64,000 nt of DNA from Candidatus Collierbacteria bacterium (GTDB taxonomy: Bacteria; Patescibacteriota; Microgenomatia; UBA1400; MFAQ01). Positions 52,654-62,761 of this stretch are shown here, one piece after another. The notes beneath the pieces were generated by a model. That model worked only from the letters and a program-made list of their open reading frames with translations, did not search any database and was not told where the DNA came from. Each line of letters starts with the position of its first letter. Within the stretch, counting starts at the first letter, position 1. The DNA is taken from assembly GCA_903884375.1 (NCBI GenBank), contig CAISER010000035.1, forward strand, positions 36 through 64,035, written 5' to 3'. Position numbers and translations under genes: made by a program.

Positions 52654-53358
52654 TTATTTACCTAATGATATAAGAAGTACTAATTCGCCTTTAATTCTAG
52701 TTTTCTTCGCTGTATCCAATAATTGTGCCAAATTACCTCTAAATACTTTCTGGGAAACTTTTGTTAAATCCACAGCCAAACAAGCAGGGGATTCTTCCCC
52801 AAAAATCGCAATTGCTTCAGGCAGTATTTTTAATAGACGAAGGGGAGAGTCATAGATCACAATTGTCATTTTTGTTTTGTTTCCTATCTCCTTCAAATTA
52901 GACATCACTGCAGTTCGTTTACCAATTTTTTTGGGTAAAAATCCCACAAAAAAATATTTATCGGTAGGCAATCCAGATACAGCCAATGCAGCGCTTTCCG
53001 CTGTAGGGCCAGGAACTACATCAATCTCCCATTTCATATCTAATACCTTATTAACCAATTTGTATCCCGGGTCAGAAATTAATGGCATTCCTGCATCAGA
53101 AACAAGTATTACATTTTCCAGTGAACAAATTTCAGCCAAAATACGAGGCAGGATTTTATCCTCATTGTAGTCGTTAATAAATCTAATGGTACCTGTAAAT
53201 TTTTCTACCAGTCCGATTTGCATCAATTTACACCACAGATTATTAAACATTCGACTATCTTCGCAGATCAAATATTTTGCCTCCTGAAGTGTTTTTATTG
53301 CACGAAGAGATAAGTCATCGATATTACCGATAGGAAGACCAACAATGGTTAGTTTCAT
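52654..53358 (-). CDS. rsmI: 16S rRNA (cytidine1402-2'-O)-methyltransferase
   Basis: PIGNIDDLS.RA, CEDSR, VSDAGMPLISDPG, SGLP and GFLP motifs. Confidence 0.93.
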   Translation of the reverse strand: MKLTIVGLPIGNIDDLSLRAIKTLQEAKYLICEDSRMFNNLWCKLMQIGLVEKFTGTIRFINDYNEDKILPRILAEICSLENVILVSDAGMPLISDPGYKLVNKVLDMKWEIDVVPGPTAESAALAVSGLPTDKYFFVGFLPKKIGKRTAVMSNLKEIGNKTKMTIVIYDSPLRLLKILPEAIAIFGEESPACLAVDLTKVSQKVFRGNLAQLLDTAKKTRIKGELVLLISLGK

Positions 53359-53361
53359 TTA

Positions 53362-53979
53362 TTAAAATTTGCGTATAACACCAACGCACTTACCCTGTAC
53401 TTTAACATTAATTGCGAAAATAGGAGACATTGAGGAATTTGCCGGTTCCAAGCGCACTCTTGTTCTTTCTCTAAAAAACCGTTTTAATGTAGCCAACCCA
53501 TTTTCCAGCAAAGCCACCACAATATCACCATCTTTTACGCCGGTTACATCACACTCTTCAATAATTACATAATCATGATCAAAAATACCTTCTTCAATCA
53601 TTGAATCGCCCTTAACTTGCAGCACAAACGCTCTTTTCTTACCTGAAACCATTGAGGAGGCAACCTTCATAGAAGCATTTGGGTCAGTCAAGGGTTCTAT
53701 TGGTCGACCTGCAGCGATAAAACCTAAAATGGGCAACTCAATTGATGCAGTCTCTACGCTTCCGCGATCAACTAACGAGATACCTCGAATTGCTCCTTCA
53801 AATTTTTTAATAATATTTTTCTTTTCCAAAGCCTGAAGGTGCTCGTGTACGGTCGCCAATGATGATACTCCAATGGCTCCGGCAATTTCAGAAAGAGTGG
53901 GGGAGTAACCATTTTTTTGAATAAACTGGGAAATAAACTCCACAATTTGTCTTTGTCTTCGGTATAGTGTTACGGTCAT
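53362..53979 (-). CDS. lexA: SOS repressor LexA
   Basis: wHTH (GYSPTLSEIA..VSS.ATVHEHL), AAG cleavage site, GDSM (Ser) and TLKR (Lys). Start placed at ATG 53979. Confidence 0.95.
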   Translation of the reverse strand: MTVTLYRRQRQIVEFISQFIQKNGYSPTLSEIAGAIGVSSLATVHEHLQALEKKNIIKKFEGAIRGISLVDRGSVETASIELPILGFIAAGRPIEPLTDPNASMKVASSMVSGKKRAFVLQVKGDSMIEEGIFDHDYVIIEECDVTGVKDGDIVVALLENGLATLKRFFRERTRVRLEPANSSMSPIFAINVKVQGKCVGVIRKF

Positions 53980-53992
53980 ACAATCATTATTA

Positions 53993-54008
53993 CCAAACAA
54001 TACCCAAA
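53993..54008 (-). promoter_or_regulatory. Candidate LexA operator in the lexA promoter spacer
   Basis: TTTGGGTATTGTTTGG between TTGACT and the -10 region; near-identical to 56347-56362. Confidence 0.55.
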
Positions 54009-54051
54009 AGTCAAGGGATAAAAAGTGCTTCTTTAAGTTAAAATATATATT

Positions 54052-56103
54052 GTGGAATTTAAGATTAAATCAGATTATCAGCCAACCGGAGATCAACCTC
54101 AAGCAATTGAGAAACTTTCTTCAGCAATTTTCAAAGGCAATCCACACCAAACCTTATTAGGAGTAACCGGATCAGGAAAAACTTTTACTATTGCCAAGGT
54201 CATCGAAAAAACACAGCTTCCTACTCTTATTATTTCACACAACAAAACACTCGCTAGTCAACTCTATCAAGAATTTCGAGATTACTTTCCAGAAAATGCT
54301 GTAAGTTATTTCGTAAGTTATTATGACTATTATCAACCGGAAGCCTACTTACCCTCTTCAGATACTTATATAGAAAAAGAAGCTGATATCAATCCTGAGA
54401 TTGACAGATTAAGATTGACAACCACAGCCAATCTATTATCCAGACCAGATAGTATCGTCATTGCCTCTGTCTCTTGTATTTACAACATTGGCTCACCTGT
54501 TGACCAAGAAAAAAATATTCTTACACTTGCGAAGGGACAGGTAATAGCAAGAGAAACTGTTCTCATGCGACTTGGAGATTTACAATACACAAGAAGTAAC
54601 ACTGAATTATCCAGAGGAACATTCAGAGCCATTGGTAACACAGTACAGCTTTATCCTTCATACAAGGACATCGTCATTTCAATAGTATTTGAGGAAAAAA
54701 GAATAAAAACTATTGATATTTTAGATCCATATAATTTTAATAACCTAGAAGATCCGGATCTACAAAATACAGGAATAATCACAATTAATCCGGCAAAATT
54801 ATTTATCACTAACCCAAAAACACAAAGTCAAGCAATCGAAAATATCCGATTTGATATGCAAAATCAAATTGATAAATTTAAAAATGAGGCTAAAACAATC
54901 GAAGCCTACAGACTAGAACAAAAGGTAAACTACGACCTTTCTATGCTTGAAGAAGTTGGTTACGTAAATGGTATTGAGAATTACTCACGCTACTTTGACG
55001 GAAGGAATCCTGGTGATCCACCGTACTCACTGATTGAATATTTTCATTACAATGCCAAAAAATTTAATAAAAAAGGATTTTTGACTGTTATCGATGAATC
55101 ACATATTAGCCTTCCTCAAATTAAAGGCATGTACAACGGTGATCAAGCTAGAAAAGATAATTTAATAAATTACGGTTTTCGTCTACCGAGCGCAAAAGAT
55201 AATCGTCCTCTGACTTTTACGGAGTTTCTATCAAGAACACCTCAAAAATTATACTGTTCAGCTACTCCTGGTGATTATGAAATCTCTCTGTCGAATGCAA
55301 GTACCATTCCAACTATAGCCGAACAACTTATTCGTCCAACCGGATTACTAGACCCAGAAGTTTTTGTTCGCCCTGTAAAAGGGCAAATCGAAGATATTAG
55401 TAAAGAAATCCTTGAAAGAAAACTTAAAGGAGAAAGAACACTCGTTCTAACGATGACAAAAAAAATGGCCGAAGATCTATCGGAGCATCTTAAGGAAAAA
55501 TACAAAATTAAAGTTGAATATCTCCACTCGGATATAAAAACATTGGATCGAGCAGATATATTGGAAAAACTACGTCTTGGAAATTTTGACTGTTTGGTAG
55601 GTATTAATCTCCTTCGAGAAGGCTTGGATCTTCCTGAAGTTTCACTCGTTGCTATATTGGATGCCGATAAAGAAGGCTTCCTTCGTACTCCAACTGCTCT
55701 GATTCAAACGATGGGAAGAGCTGCCAGACACATAAATGGCCAAGTCATTCTTTATGCTGACAAGATTTCAAACTCTATGGAAGTTGCTATAAAAGAAACC
55801 GCTCGTCGAAGAATCACTCAGGATAAATATAATCAAGAACACGGAATTATACCTGTAGGTATCAATAAGCCAATAAGAGAAGCGCTTCTTTACCGCGATA
55901 CTTCAACTCCAACTCCAAAAATAAAAGAACTCGCTGAATATGGGTGGACAGAAATAGATGATATAAACGCAGAATCGCTCACACCTCAAAAGAAAAAGAT
56001 GCTAATAACAAAACTAAAAAGATTGATGACCCAAGCAGCCAACTCTTGGAATTTTGAATTAGCAGCTCGATATCGTGATACTATCAAAAAAATAAGCTCT
56101 TGA
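54052..56103 (+). CDS. uvrB: Excinuclease ABC subunit B
   Basis: GVTGSGKT, YYDYYQPEAY, DESH, GINLLREGLD and a C-terminal UVR domain. Confidence 0.97.
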   Translation: MEFKIKSDYQPTGDQPQAIEKLSSAIFKGNPHQTLLGVTGSGKTFTIAKVIEKTQLPTLIISHNKTLASQLYQEFRDYFPENAVSYFVSYYDYYQPEAYLPSSDTYIEKEADINPEIDRLRLTTTANLLSRPDSIVIASVSCIYNIGSPVDQEKNILTLAKGQVIARETVLMRLGDLQYTRSNTELSRGTFRAIGNTVQLYPSYKDIVISIVFEEKRIKTIDILDPYNFNNLEDPDLQNTGIITINPAKLFITNPKTQSQAIENIRFDMQNQIDKFKNEAKTIEAYRLEQKVNYDLSMLEEVGYVNGIENYSRYFDGRNPGDPPYSLIEYFHYNAKKFNKKGFLTVIDESHISLPQIKGMYNGDQARKDNLINYGFRLPSAKDNRPLTFTEFLSRTPQKLYCSATPGDYEISLSNASTIPTIAEQLIRPTGLLDPEVFVRPVKGQIEDISKEILERKLKGERTLVLTMTKKMAEDLSEHLKEKYKIKVEYLHSDIKTLDRADILEKLRLGNFDCLVGINLLREGLDLPEVSLVAILDADKEGFLRTPTALIQTMGRAARHINGQVILYADKISNSMEVAIKETARRRITQDKYNQEHGIIPVGINKPIREALLYRDTSTPTPKIKELAEYGWTEIDDINAESLTPQKKKMLITKLKRLMTQAANSWNFELAARYRDTIKKISS

Positions 56104-56118
56104 TTTCTCAAGAGCTTA
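56093..56118. terminator. Hairpin at the convergent end of uvrB and the small ORF
   Basis: TAAGCTCTTGA-TTTC-TCAAGAGCTTA, 11-bp perfect stem. Confidence 0.6.
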
Positions 56119-56123
56119 TATCC

Positions 56124-56228
56124 TCAATTACCTGTCAAAAAATACTTTTTTTCATCGCCCGATAAGGCGAGGAAATCTTTCTGGGACATTACTGTCCCAT
56201 CAAAACCAATCACTACATTCTCTCCCAT
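56124..56228 (-). CDS. 34-aa small protein (not in the ORF track)
   Basis: MGENVVIGFDGTVMSQKDFLALSGDEKKYFLTGN; TTGACA-17-TATGAT promoter (56311-56283) and AAAGGAGAG SD. Confidence 0.55.
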   Translation of the reverse strand: MGENVVIGFDGTVMSQKDFLALSGDEKKYFLTGN

Positions 56229-56346
56229 ATTCTCTCCTTTTTAATTTTTTAATCAGCCTAGGTCTAGGCTGAACGATGCCATATCATATCAAACCCTATA
56301 GCATTTGTCAAGTCCACCCAAAACCTCTCAAGAAATACCAACACGA

Positions 56347-56362
56347 TTCGGGTATTATTGGG
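56347..56362 (+). promoter_or_regulatory. Candidate LexA operator upstream of uvrA
   Basis: TTCGGGTATTATTGGG just upstream of the TGCTAAAAT -10 element. Confidence 0.55.
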
Positions 56363-56386
56363 ATTAAAGTGCTAAAATAATAAGTT

Positions 56387-59311
56387 ATGTCGGAAATATC
56401 ACCAACCACACATCTAATCATCAAGGGAGCACGTCAACATAATCTAAAAAATATTAATCTTGTTATACCCAAAAATAAACTCGTTGTATTTACCGGCGTA
56501 TCCGGAAGCGGCAAGTCAAGTATGGCTCACGACACAATCTATGCGGAAGGGCAAAGACGCTATGTTGAGTCATTAAGTTCATATGCAAGACAATTTCTTG
56601 GAGTAATGGATAAACCGGATGTCGATCAGATAGAAGGATTATCCCCAGCCATTCTAATCGACCAGAAACAAGGAAGTCATAATCCAAGAAGTACAGTCGG
56701 AACAGTTACAGAAGTCTACGATTACCTCCGTCTGCTCTTTGCTCGAATCGGTCATCCACACTGTCCAAAATGTGGTAGAGAGATAATGCCTCAAGATATC
56801 AATCAAATTTATAAGGCAGTTGTTGAACTCGCTACTTCTCATATTACCTACCACAAACAAAAAGGTACGAGAATTATGATACTTGCGCCAATCGTCAAAA
56901 ATCAAAAAGGGGAATTTACCGAATTATTTCCAAATTTATACAAACAAGGAATTTCACAAGTCAGAGTTGACGGCAAAATCCTTTCAACTCAATCAACATT
57001 ATCACTATTCAAAAATAACAGACACAATATCGAAGCGGTCATCGATAAACTTATTATAGGCCAGATAAGGGGAGAAACCGAATACGAAAAACAACGGTTA
57101 ATTGACTCAATTGAACAATCAATCAAAATTGCTGATGGGGAATGTATTATCTCAATCGTTAACGATCCATCACTTTCATTTCCGGAAAATCCTGAATTGA
57201 TGGAAGATCATTTATTCTCTCAAAAATTAGCTTGTCCGATATGTAACATTTCAATCCCAGAAATAGAACCACGCTATTTTTCCTTTAATGCGCCAGACGG
57301 TGCCTGTCCTGAGTGTACCGGATTAGGTCAAAAAATGGTTTTAGATACTGAAAGTATCATTTCGCCATCACTTACATTATTTGAGGGCGGAATTATTCCT
57401 TTGGCTTCGCAATTTGAGACACGAACTTGGTTAGCAAAACTAATTGTGGAGGCAATGGCTTCTATCGAATTTTTACCTACAACTCCACTATTCCAGATGA
57501 CAGATAAGCAAAGAAACATTCTCTTCCAAGGTACAGGAAATAAAATCTTTTCGGTAAAAGGCGTTAATCGCCATGGAAAAAATGTCATCTGGAAAAGTAA
57601 ATACGAAGGTTTGGCACGAGAATTTGAACGTCGTTACACTGAAACAAGTTCTGATGCTCTTAAAGAAGAAATTGAAAAATATCTCATAAAAAAAACATGC
57701 CCGGTGTGCCTTGGAAGTAGATTAAAACCGGAAGTACTTGCCGTACATATCGACGGGAAATCCATTAGCGAAGTTACGGCTATGTCAATCGAAAACAATG
57801 TGTCGTTTTTTAACAATCTAGATAAAAAATTAACTTCGACCGAACAACAAATTAGTGAACCGATTTTAAAAGAAATTATTGACCGACTTGGGTTTTTAGT
57901 CTCTGTGGGTTTAGATTACCTAACATTAGGAAGAGAGTCTGGAACATTGTCGGGGGGAGAACTTCAACGAATCCGACTTGCTAGTCAAATAGGATCAAGA
58001 CTAACGGGAATTCTCTATGTCTTAGATGAACCGACTATTGGATTACATCAAAGAGATAATGCTAAGCTGATTAAAACATTACAGGAGCTTGTTAGCTTGG
58101 GTAATTCACTTGTTGTTGTCGAACATGATCAACAAACCATGGAAGCTGCTGATCATTTAGTAGAGTTTGGCCCTCACGCAGGTGAGCTTGGCGGTCAAAT
58201 TACATTTCAAGGAACAATTGACGAAATGAAAAAATCAGGTTGTATTACCGGAAAATATATTTCAGGCACCAATAAAATTATTGCTAATAAACCAAAAAAT
58301 CCTCCTGATAGTAATGGCTCGATTCGACTTTCAGGCTGTAGTCATCATAATTTAAAAAACATTGATGTTGAGTTCCCACTCAATAGATTTATTGCCGTTA
58401 CGGGAGTCTCAGGTTCAGGCAAATCCTCTCTTATCGTTGACACTTTGTTTGAAGCTCTATCACAAAAACTAAATCCCATGCACCGTAAACAAGACATCAC
58501 ATATGGCTCAATTATGATTCCGGATATTCTAAAAAGAGTCTCTTTAATTGATCAAAGTCCGATTGGCAAAACGCCTCGTAGTAACCCGGCAACATATACC
58601 AAAGTCTTTGATTATATTCGACAACTGTTTTCCAATACACAGGAAGCTCGTGTTAGGGGATATGGCCCAGGAAGATTTAGTTTTAATGTCAAAGGGGGAA
58701 GATGCGAAACGTGTCAAGGGGATGGTCAACTAAAAATTGAGATGCAGTTTATGGGAGACATTTATATTACTTGTGAAACATGTAAGGGTTCTCGTTTTAA
58801 TGAACCAACTCTTGAAATTGAGTATAAAGGGAAAAATATAGCCGATGTTTTAAATATGACAATGGATGAAGCAGCTACATTTTTCAAAAATATACCGCCA
58901 ATTAGTAAAAAACTGGACACAATTCGAAAGGTCGGACTGGGGTATATTAAACTCGGACAAAGCGCTCCTACATTATCAGGGGGAGAAGCGCAAAGAGTTA
59001 AGTTAGCTACCGAACTTGCTAAAACTGGAAATGGACACACTGTATATATTCTAGATGAACCCACCACCGGACTTCATTTTGACGATTTAAACAAACTTGT
59101 TCAAACATTAGTCGATTTAGTTAATCAAAATAATACCGTTATCGTCATCGAGCATAATTTAGATGTCATAAAAAATGCTGATCATATTATTGATATGGGA
59201 CCAGAAGGGGGAGACGAGGGAGGAGAAATCATCGCTATCGGTCGTCCTACATTAATTGCCAACAACTCAAACACTCCAACTTCACAAGAATTAAAAAGAC
59301 TCTTGTTGTAA
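56387..59311 (+). CDS. uvrA: Excinuclease ABC subunit A
   Basis: Two GVSGSGKSS Walker A motifs, LSGGE signatures and zinc fingers. Confidence 0.97.
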   Translation: MSEISPTTHLIIKGARQHNLKNINLVIPKNKLVVFTGVSGSGKSSMAHDTIYAEGQRRYVESLSSYARQFLGVMDKPDVDQIEGLSPAILIDQKQGSHNPRSTVGTVTEVYDYLRLLFARIGHPHCPKCGREIMPQDINQIYKAVVELATSHITYHKQKGTRIMILAPIVKNQKGEFTELFPNLYKQGISQVRVDGKILSTQSTLSLFKNNRHNIEAVIDKLIIGQIRGETEYEKQRLIDSIEQSIKIADGECIISIVNDPSLSFPENPELMEDHLFSQKLACPICNISIPEIEPRYFSFNAPDGACPECTGLGQKMVLDTESIISPSLTLFEGGIIPLASQFETRTWLAKLIVEAMASIEFLPTTPLFQMTDKQRNILFQGTGNKIFSVKGVNRHGKNVIWKSKYEGLAREFERRYTETSSDALKEEIEKYLIKKTCPVCLGSRLKPEVLAVHIDGKSISEVTAMSIENNVSFFNNLDKKLTSTEQQISEPILKEIIDRLGFLVSVGLDYLTLGRESGTLSGGELQRIRLASQIGSRLTGILYVLDEPTIGLHQRDNAKLIKTLQELVSLGNSLVVVEHDQQTMEAADHLVEFGPHAGELGGQITFQGTIDEMKKSGCITGKYISGTNKIIANKPKNPPDSNGSIRLSGCSHHNLKNIDVEFPLNRFIAVTGVSGSGKSSLIVDTLFEALSQKLNPMHRKQDITYGSIMIPDILKRVSLIDQSPIGKTPRSNPATYTKVFDYIRQLFSNTQEARVRGYGPGRFSFNVKGGRCETCQGDGQLKIEMQFMGDIYITCETCKGSRFNEPTLEIEYKGKNIADVLNMTMDEAATFFKNIPPISKKLDTIRKVGLGYIKLGQSAPTLSGGEAQRVKLATELAKTGNGHTVYILDEPTTGLHFDDLNKLVQTLVDLVNQNNTVIVIEHNLDVIKNADHIIDMGPEGGDEGGEIIAIGRPTLIANNSNTPTSQELKRLLL

Positions 59312-59320
59312 TATCAATTG

Positions 59321-61129
59321 ATGAAGAGGACTTTTGCTAAAGTACAAATAGTATTTATATTTATACTTTTCATTATCATACCATCACCGGTTCAGGCAAT
59401 TGTTAAATTTAATACTGATTTTCAAAATTATTATCGGGTTGACCCTAACGGAAATACTCACGTTACATTTGTTATAAATCAAAAAAACAATCTTTCGATC
59501 GTCTACGCCACTGAATTTGGATTAAATATAAATGAAACAAGAGTCAGTAATATTAAAGTAACAGACGAGGGGACAACAATTATTCCTGACGTTGTCAAAA
59601 CATTAAATCAAACAACCATATCATTCCCATTTGCAAATAAAGTTGTTGGAAAAGATAAAAATCATTCATTTATTATCGAATATGACACAACCGATATAGC
59701 CACAAAATACGGTAACACCTGGCAAGTCAACATCCCAAGATTAGAAACTGATGAAGGAATCACTAACCGCACTGTTGTACTTGCCGTACCAAATAATTTC
59801 CCCATACCAGCATATATTGATCCAAAACCGGATTCAGCCAACAAAAATATATATTATTTTAACGGTCCATCTCTGAGTAATAAAACAATTAGCGCCGTTT
59901 TTGGAAAAACTCAATATTACAAAGGAAGTATTTCCTATCATTTAATAAATGATTCCAAAATAAAGACAACGACAGAAATTGCACTTCCCCCAGATACGGC
60001 ATATCAGACTATCTATATCGAAAATATAGAACCAAAACCATTAACTATTATTAATGATGAGGATGGTAATTATTTGGCAAAATATAGTCTTAAGCAGAAT
60101 GAAAATATTGAAATAAAATTAACCTTCTATGTAAAGCTCGACTTTCTTCCCAAATCAACCAGTCTCAATCCTAGCGAAAAATACTTACAGGCAAATTCAA
60201 TTTGGAATTATAACAATAGTGTCTTTACCACATCTGAACTAAAAAATCTGACAACTTCAAAAAATATTTACGACTATGTGGTCGATAAAATGAAATATGA
60301 TTATGAAAAAGTAAATCGTCAAAAATCCCAAAAAACTCCTGCAGCAGAATCATTAATAAATAATCAAAGTGCCATATGTACTGATTTTGCCAACGTATAT
60401 GTTAGTTTGGCTAGAAAAGCGGGGATACCGGCACGTGAACTCGAAGGGTATGCCATTTCAGAAAATTCTGATTTAAAACCTCTTTCATTAACTCAAGATG
60501 TGCTTCATGCATGGCCTGAATATTACAACAAGATAACAAAAACCTGGATTCAAATTGATCCTACATGGGCCAATACTACAAGAGGAATCGATTATTTTAA
60601 TAAACTTGATTTTAATCATATCGTATTAGCCATACACGGAATTAATCCTGAATATCCGATTCCCGCTGGAGGATATAAATATAGGCAAGAAAAAACAAAA
60701 GATCTTATTATTGAACCAACTGAAAGCATTACTTTTCCTGACCCAGTATTTTCAATAACATCAAACAAACAAGATGGAAAAAATCTTATATTGACAATAA
60801 ATAATAATTCTGGTGTCTCATTTTCTGGAAATACAATTACCGAAAATAATAATTACATTATGGAATCAGAACAACAAATATTTTTACCTCCTTATGGTAC
60901 AACAGAATTAAAACTAAAACTTATTAAACAACCATTCATCGCAAAAAATACGACTAAGACTATAATCTACATCAATGGAATTCGTTTTGAACAACCAATT
61001 GAAATTAACCCAAGAGTCTCACAGACAATCTTTTTTGCCATATCAGGAATTATTTTGGCGATCTCTACCTTCACAACCAGGTATCTATATCTTCGAAGAC
61101 AAAAACAAAAAACCGTTATATATCGGTAA
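59321..61129 (+). CDS. Exported, C-terminally anchored transglutaminase-like protein
   Basis: AICTDFA..RKAGIPAR, HAW.E and IDPTW catalytic triad; signal peptide and C-terminal TM helix. Confidence 0.88.
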   Translation: MKRTFAKVQIVFIFILFIIIPSPVQAIVKFNTDFQNYYRVDPNGNTHVTFVINQKNNLSIVYATEFGLNINETRVSNIKVTDEGTTIIPDVVKTLNQTTISFPFANKVVGKDKNHSFIIEYDTTDIATKYGNTWQVNIPRLETDEGITNRTVVLAVPNNFPIPAYIDPKPDSANKNIYYFNGPSLSNKTISAVFGKTQYYKGSISYHLINDSKIKTTTEIALPPDTAYQTIYIENIEPKPLTIINDEDGNYLAKYSLKQNENIEIKLTFYVKLDFLPKSTSLNPSEKYLQANSIWNYNNSVFTTSELKNLTTSKNIYDYVVDKMKYDYEKVNRQKSQKTPAAESLINNQSAICTDFANVYVSLARKAGIPARELEGYAISENSDLKPLSLTQDVLHAWPEYYNKITKTWIQIDPTWANTTRGIDYFNKLDFNHIVLAIHGINPEYPIPAGGYKYRQEKTKDLIIEPTESITFPDPVFSITSNKQDGKNLILTINNNSGVSFSGNTITENNNYIMESEQQIFLPPYGTTELKLKLIKQPFIAKNTTKTIIYINGIRFEQPIEINPRVSQTIFFAISGIILAISTFTTRYLYLRRQKQKTVIYR

Positions 61130-62309
61130 ATCCATAAGTATAAAAACAAGAATCAAACAGCATTTTGAAGGCTACAAAAATGAATCCACTAAAGCTGTTA
61201 AATTTATCCCCAAAACAAAATATTTATATTTCAAATTAGTCAAAAATGATTTGGAAGCTGTCATTACTGAAGCAAACTACATAAAGACATACCAGCCACG
61301 ATACAATGCCATAACAAAAGATGGTAAATCAAATATCTATATCATCTTTACCAACGCACCTGATACGAAATTAAAAATAATTCATGCTACAGATATTCAA
61401 TCTCTTGAGTTGGATGATTACAAAAAACAAATATTCGGACCGTATACTTCTTCAAAAACTGCCACAAGTCTATTAAAACAAATAAGCCGTATATTTGGTT
61501 TTTGTTATGCACCTTTTAATTCACAAAATCGACCTTGTTTTAATTATCATCTCCATCGATGTCCCGGAACGTGTATGTCCTTAATCACAGCTTCGGCATA
61601 TCAACGACATCTCGGCATGATAAAAAAATTCCTATCTGGAAATTTTCGAGGGCTAATAAAATCGTTAAATAATCAGATTAAAACCGCAATCAAAAAAACA
61701 GATTTTGAAAAAGCATCAATTATTAAAAATAATATTTTATGCTTAGACCAGGCATTAAACAATCATAATTCAAGCCTTTTATTAAAGTTATCTGATGCCA
61801 CAGATCAATTGCAACCTTTAATAATAAAGACGCTTAACCATCCGCTACTTAAACAAACTCCAGTAAGAATCGAATGTTATGATTTAGCACATTTACAAGG
61901 AGAATCATATGTCGGCTCAATGTCGGTCTATATTCAAGGAAAAGCAGAACCAAGTCTTTATCGTCATTTCAATATCAAAGGTGATAATAAATCAGATCCT
62001 TACGCAATGAAAGAAATTATCGCCAGAAGATTTCACCATCCAGAATGGGGGATGCCCAATCTCATTATTTTAGATGGTGGTGTGCCACAATTATCGATTG
62101 TATCAAGCCAAATACCACCGGGTATAGCCACAATCGCACTTGCAAAAAAAAGAGAGACTATATATTTTTTCAAAAATAATAAAATAATATCTTTGAATTT
62201 AAATATTGAAGATCCTGTATTGAATTTATTTAGAAATATTAGAGATGAAGCCCATCGTTTTGCTACTACCTTTCATATAAAAAAACGACAAAAAACACTT
62301 TACAGGTAA
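60975..62309 (+). CDS. uvrC: Excinuclease ABC subunit C (short form; exact start uncertain)
   Basis: GIY-YIG (PGIYIF..LYIGKS), FGPY, Cys-rich segment, RIECYD, ILDGG and RDEAHRFA; no HhH tail. Confidence 0.9.
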   Translation: MEFVLNNQLKLTQESHRQSFLPYQELFWRSLPSQPGIYIFEDKNKKPLYIGKSISIKTRIKQHFEGYKNESTKAVKFIPKTKYLYFKLVKNDLEAVITEANYIKTYQPRYNAITKDGKSNIYIIFTNAPDTKLKIIHATDIQSLELDDYKKQIFGPYTSSKTATSLLKQISRIFGFCYAPFNSQNRPCFNYHLHRCPGTCMSLITASAYQRHLGMIKKFLSGNFRGLIKSLNNQIKTAIKKTDFEKASIIKNNILCLDQALNNHNSSLLLKLSDATDQLQPLIIKTLNHPLLKQTPVRIECYDLAHLQGESYVGSMSVYIQGKAEPSLYRHFNIKGDNKSDPYAMKEIIARRFHHPEWGMPNLIILDGGVPQLSIVSSQIPPGIATIALAKKRETIYFFKNNKIISLNLNIEDPVLNLFRNIRDEAHRFATTFHIKKRQKTLYR

Positions 62310-62321
62310 TATACTGATACC

Positions 62322-62735
62322 ATGAAGGTCTTTTTACGAGCCATTTTAATTAATTTATTAGTTATATATCTCGTTGATGCACTTTATCCCGGATTTTCAA
62401 TTCTTCATGATGCCAAAACACTAATCACAGCAGCCATAATTTGGCTTCTATTAAATAAAATCGTTAAACCTATTATCAAACTACTTTTGTTACCAATTAA
62501 TCTTATAACTTTAAATTTGTTTTCTTGGGTTGTTGGTTTAATTACACTATTTTTACTTCCTCTAATTGTTGGCGGAATAAATATTTCTCCTATTGACTTT
62601 CAGGGTATAAATTATCAAGGCTTTAGTGTTCCGCCATTTCATTTAAATATATTATTATCTTTTATCGTAACCTCCTCACTATTAAACCTATTTCACAACA
62701 CAATTATTTGGATAATTAAAAAAGACTCCGATTAA
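62322..62735 (+). CDS. Phage-holin-4-like (YvlD/DUF360) membrane protein
   Basis: LLNKIVKPIIKLLLLPINLITLNLF motif. Confidence 0.8.
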   Translation: MKVFLRAILINLLVIYLVDALYPGFSILHDAKTLITAAIIWLLLNKIVKPIIKLLLLPINLITLNLFSWVVGLITLFLLPLIVGGINISPIDFQGINYQGFSVPPFHLNILLSFIVTSSLLNLFHNTIIWIIKKDSD

Positions 62736-62761
62736 TTCAGATTCGCGTTATAATAAAACAA

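Noticed and set aside
62322-62735. Prophage suggested by a holin-like gene
   Set aside because: This YvlD/DUF360-type family commonly sits near uvr genes, and there are no phage genes nearby.
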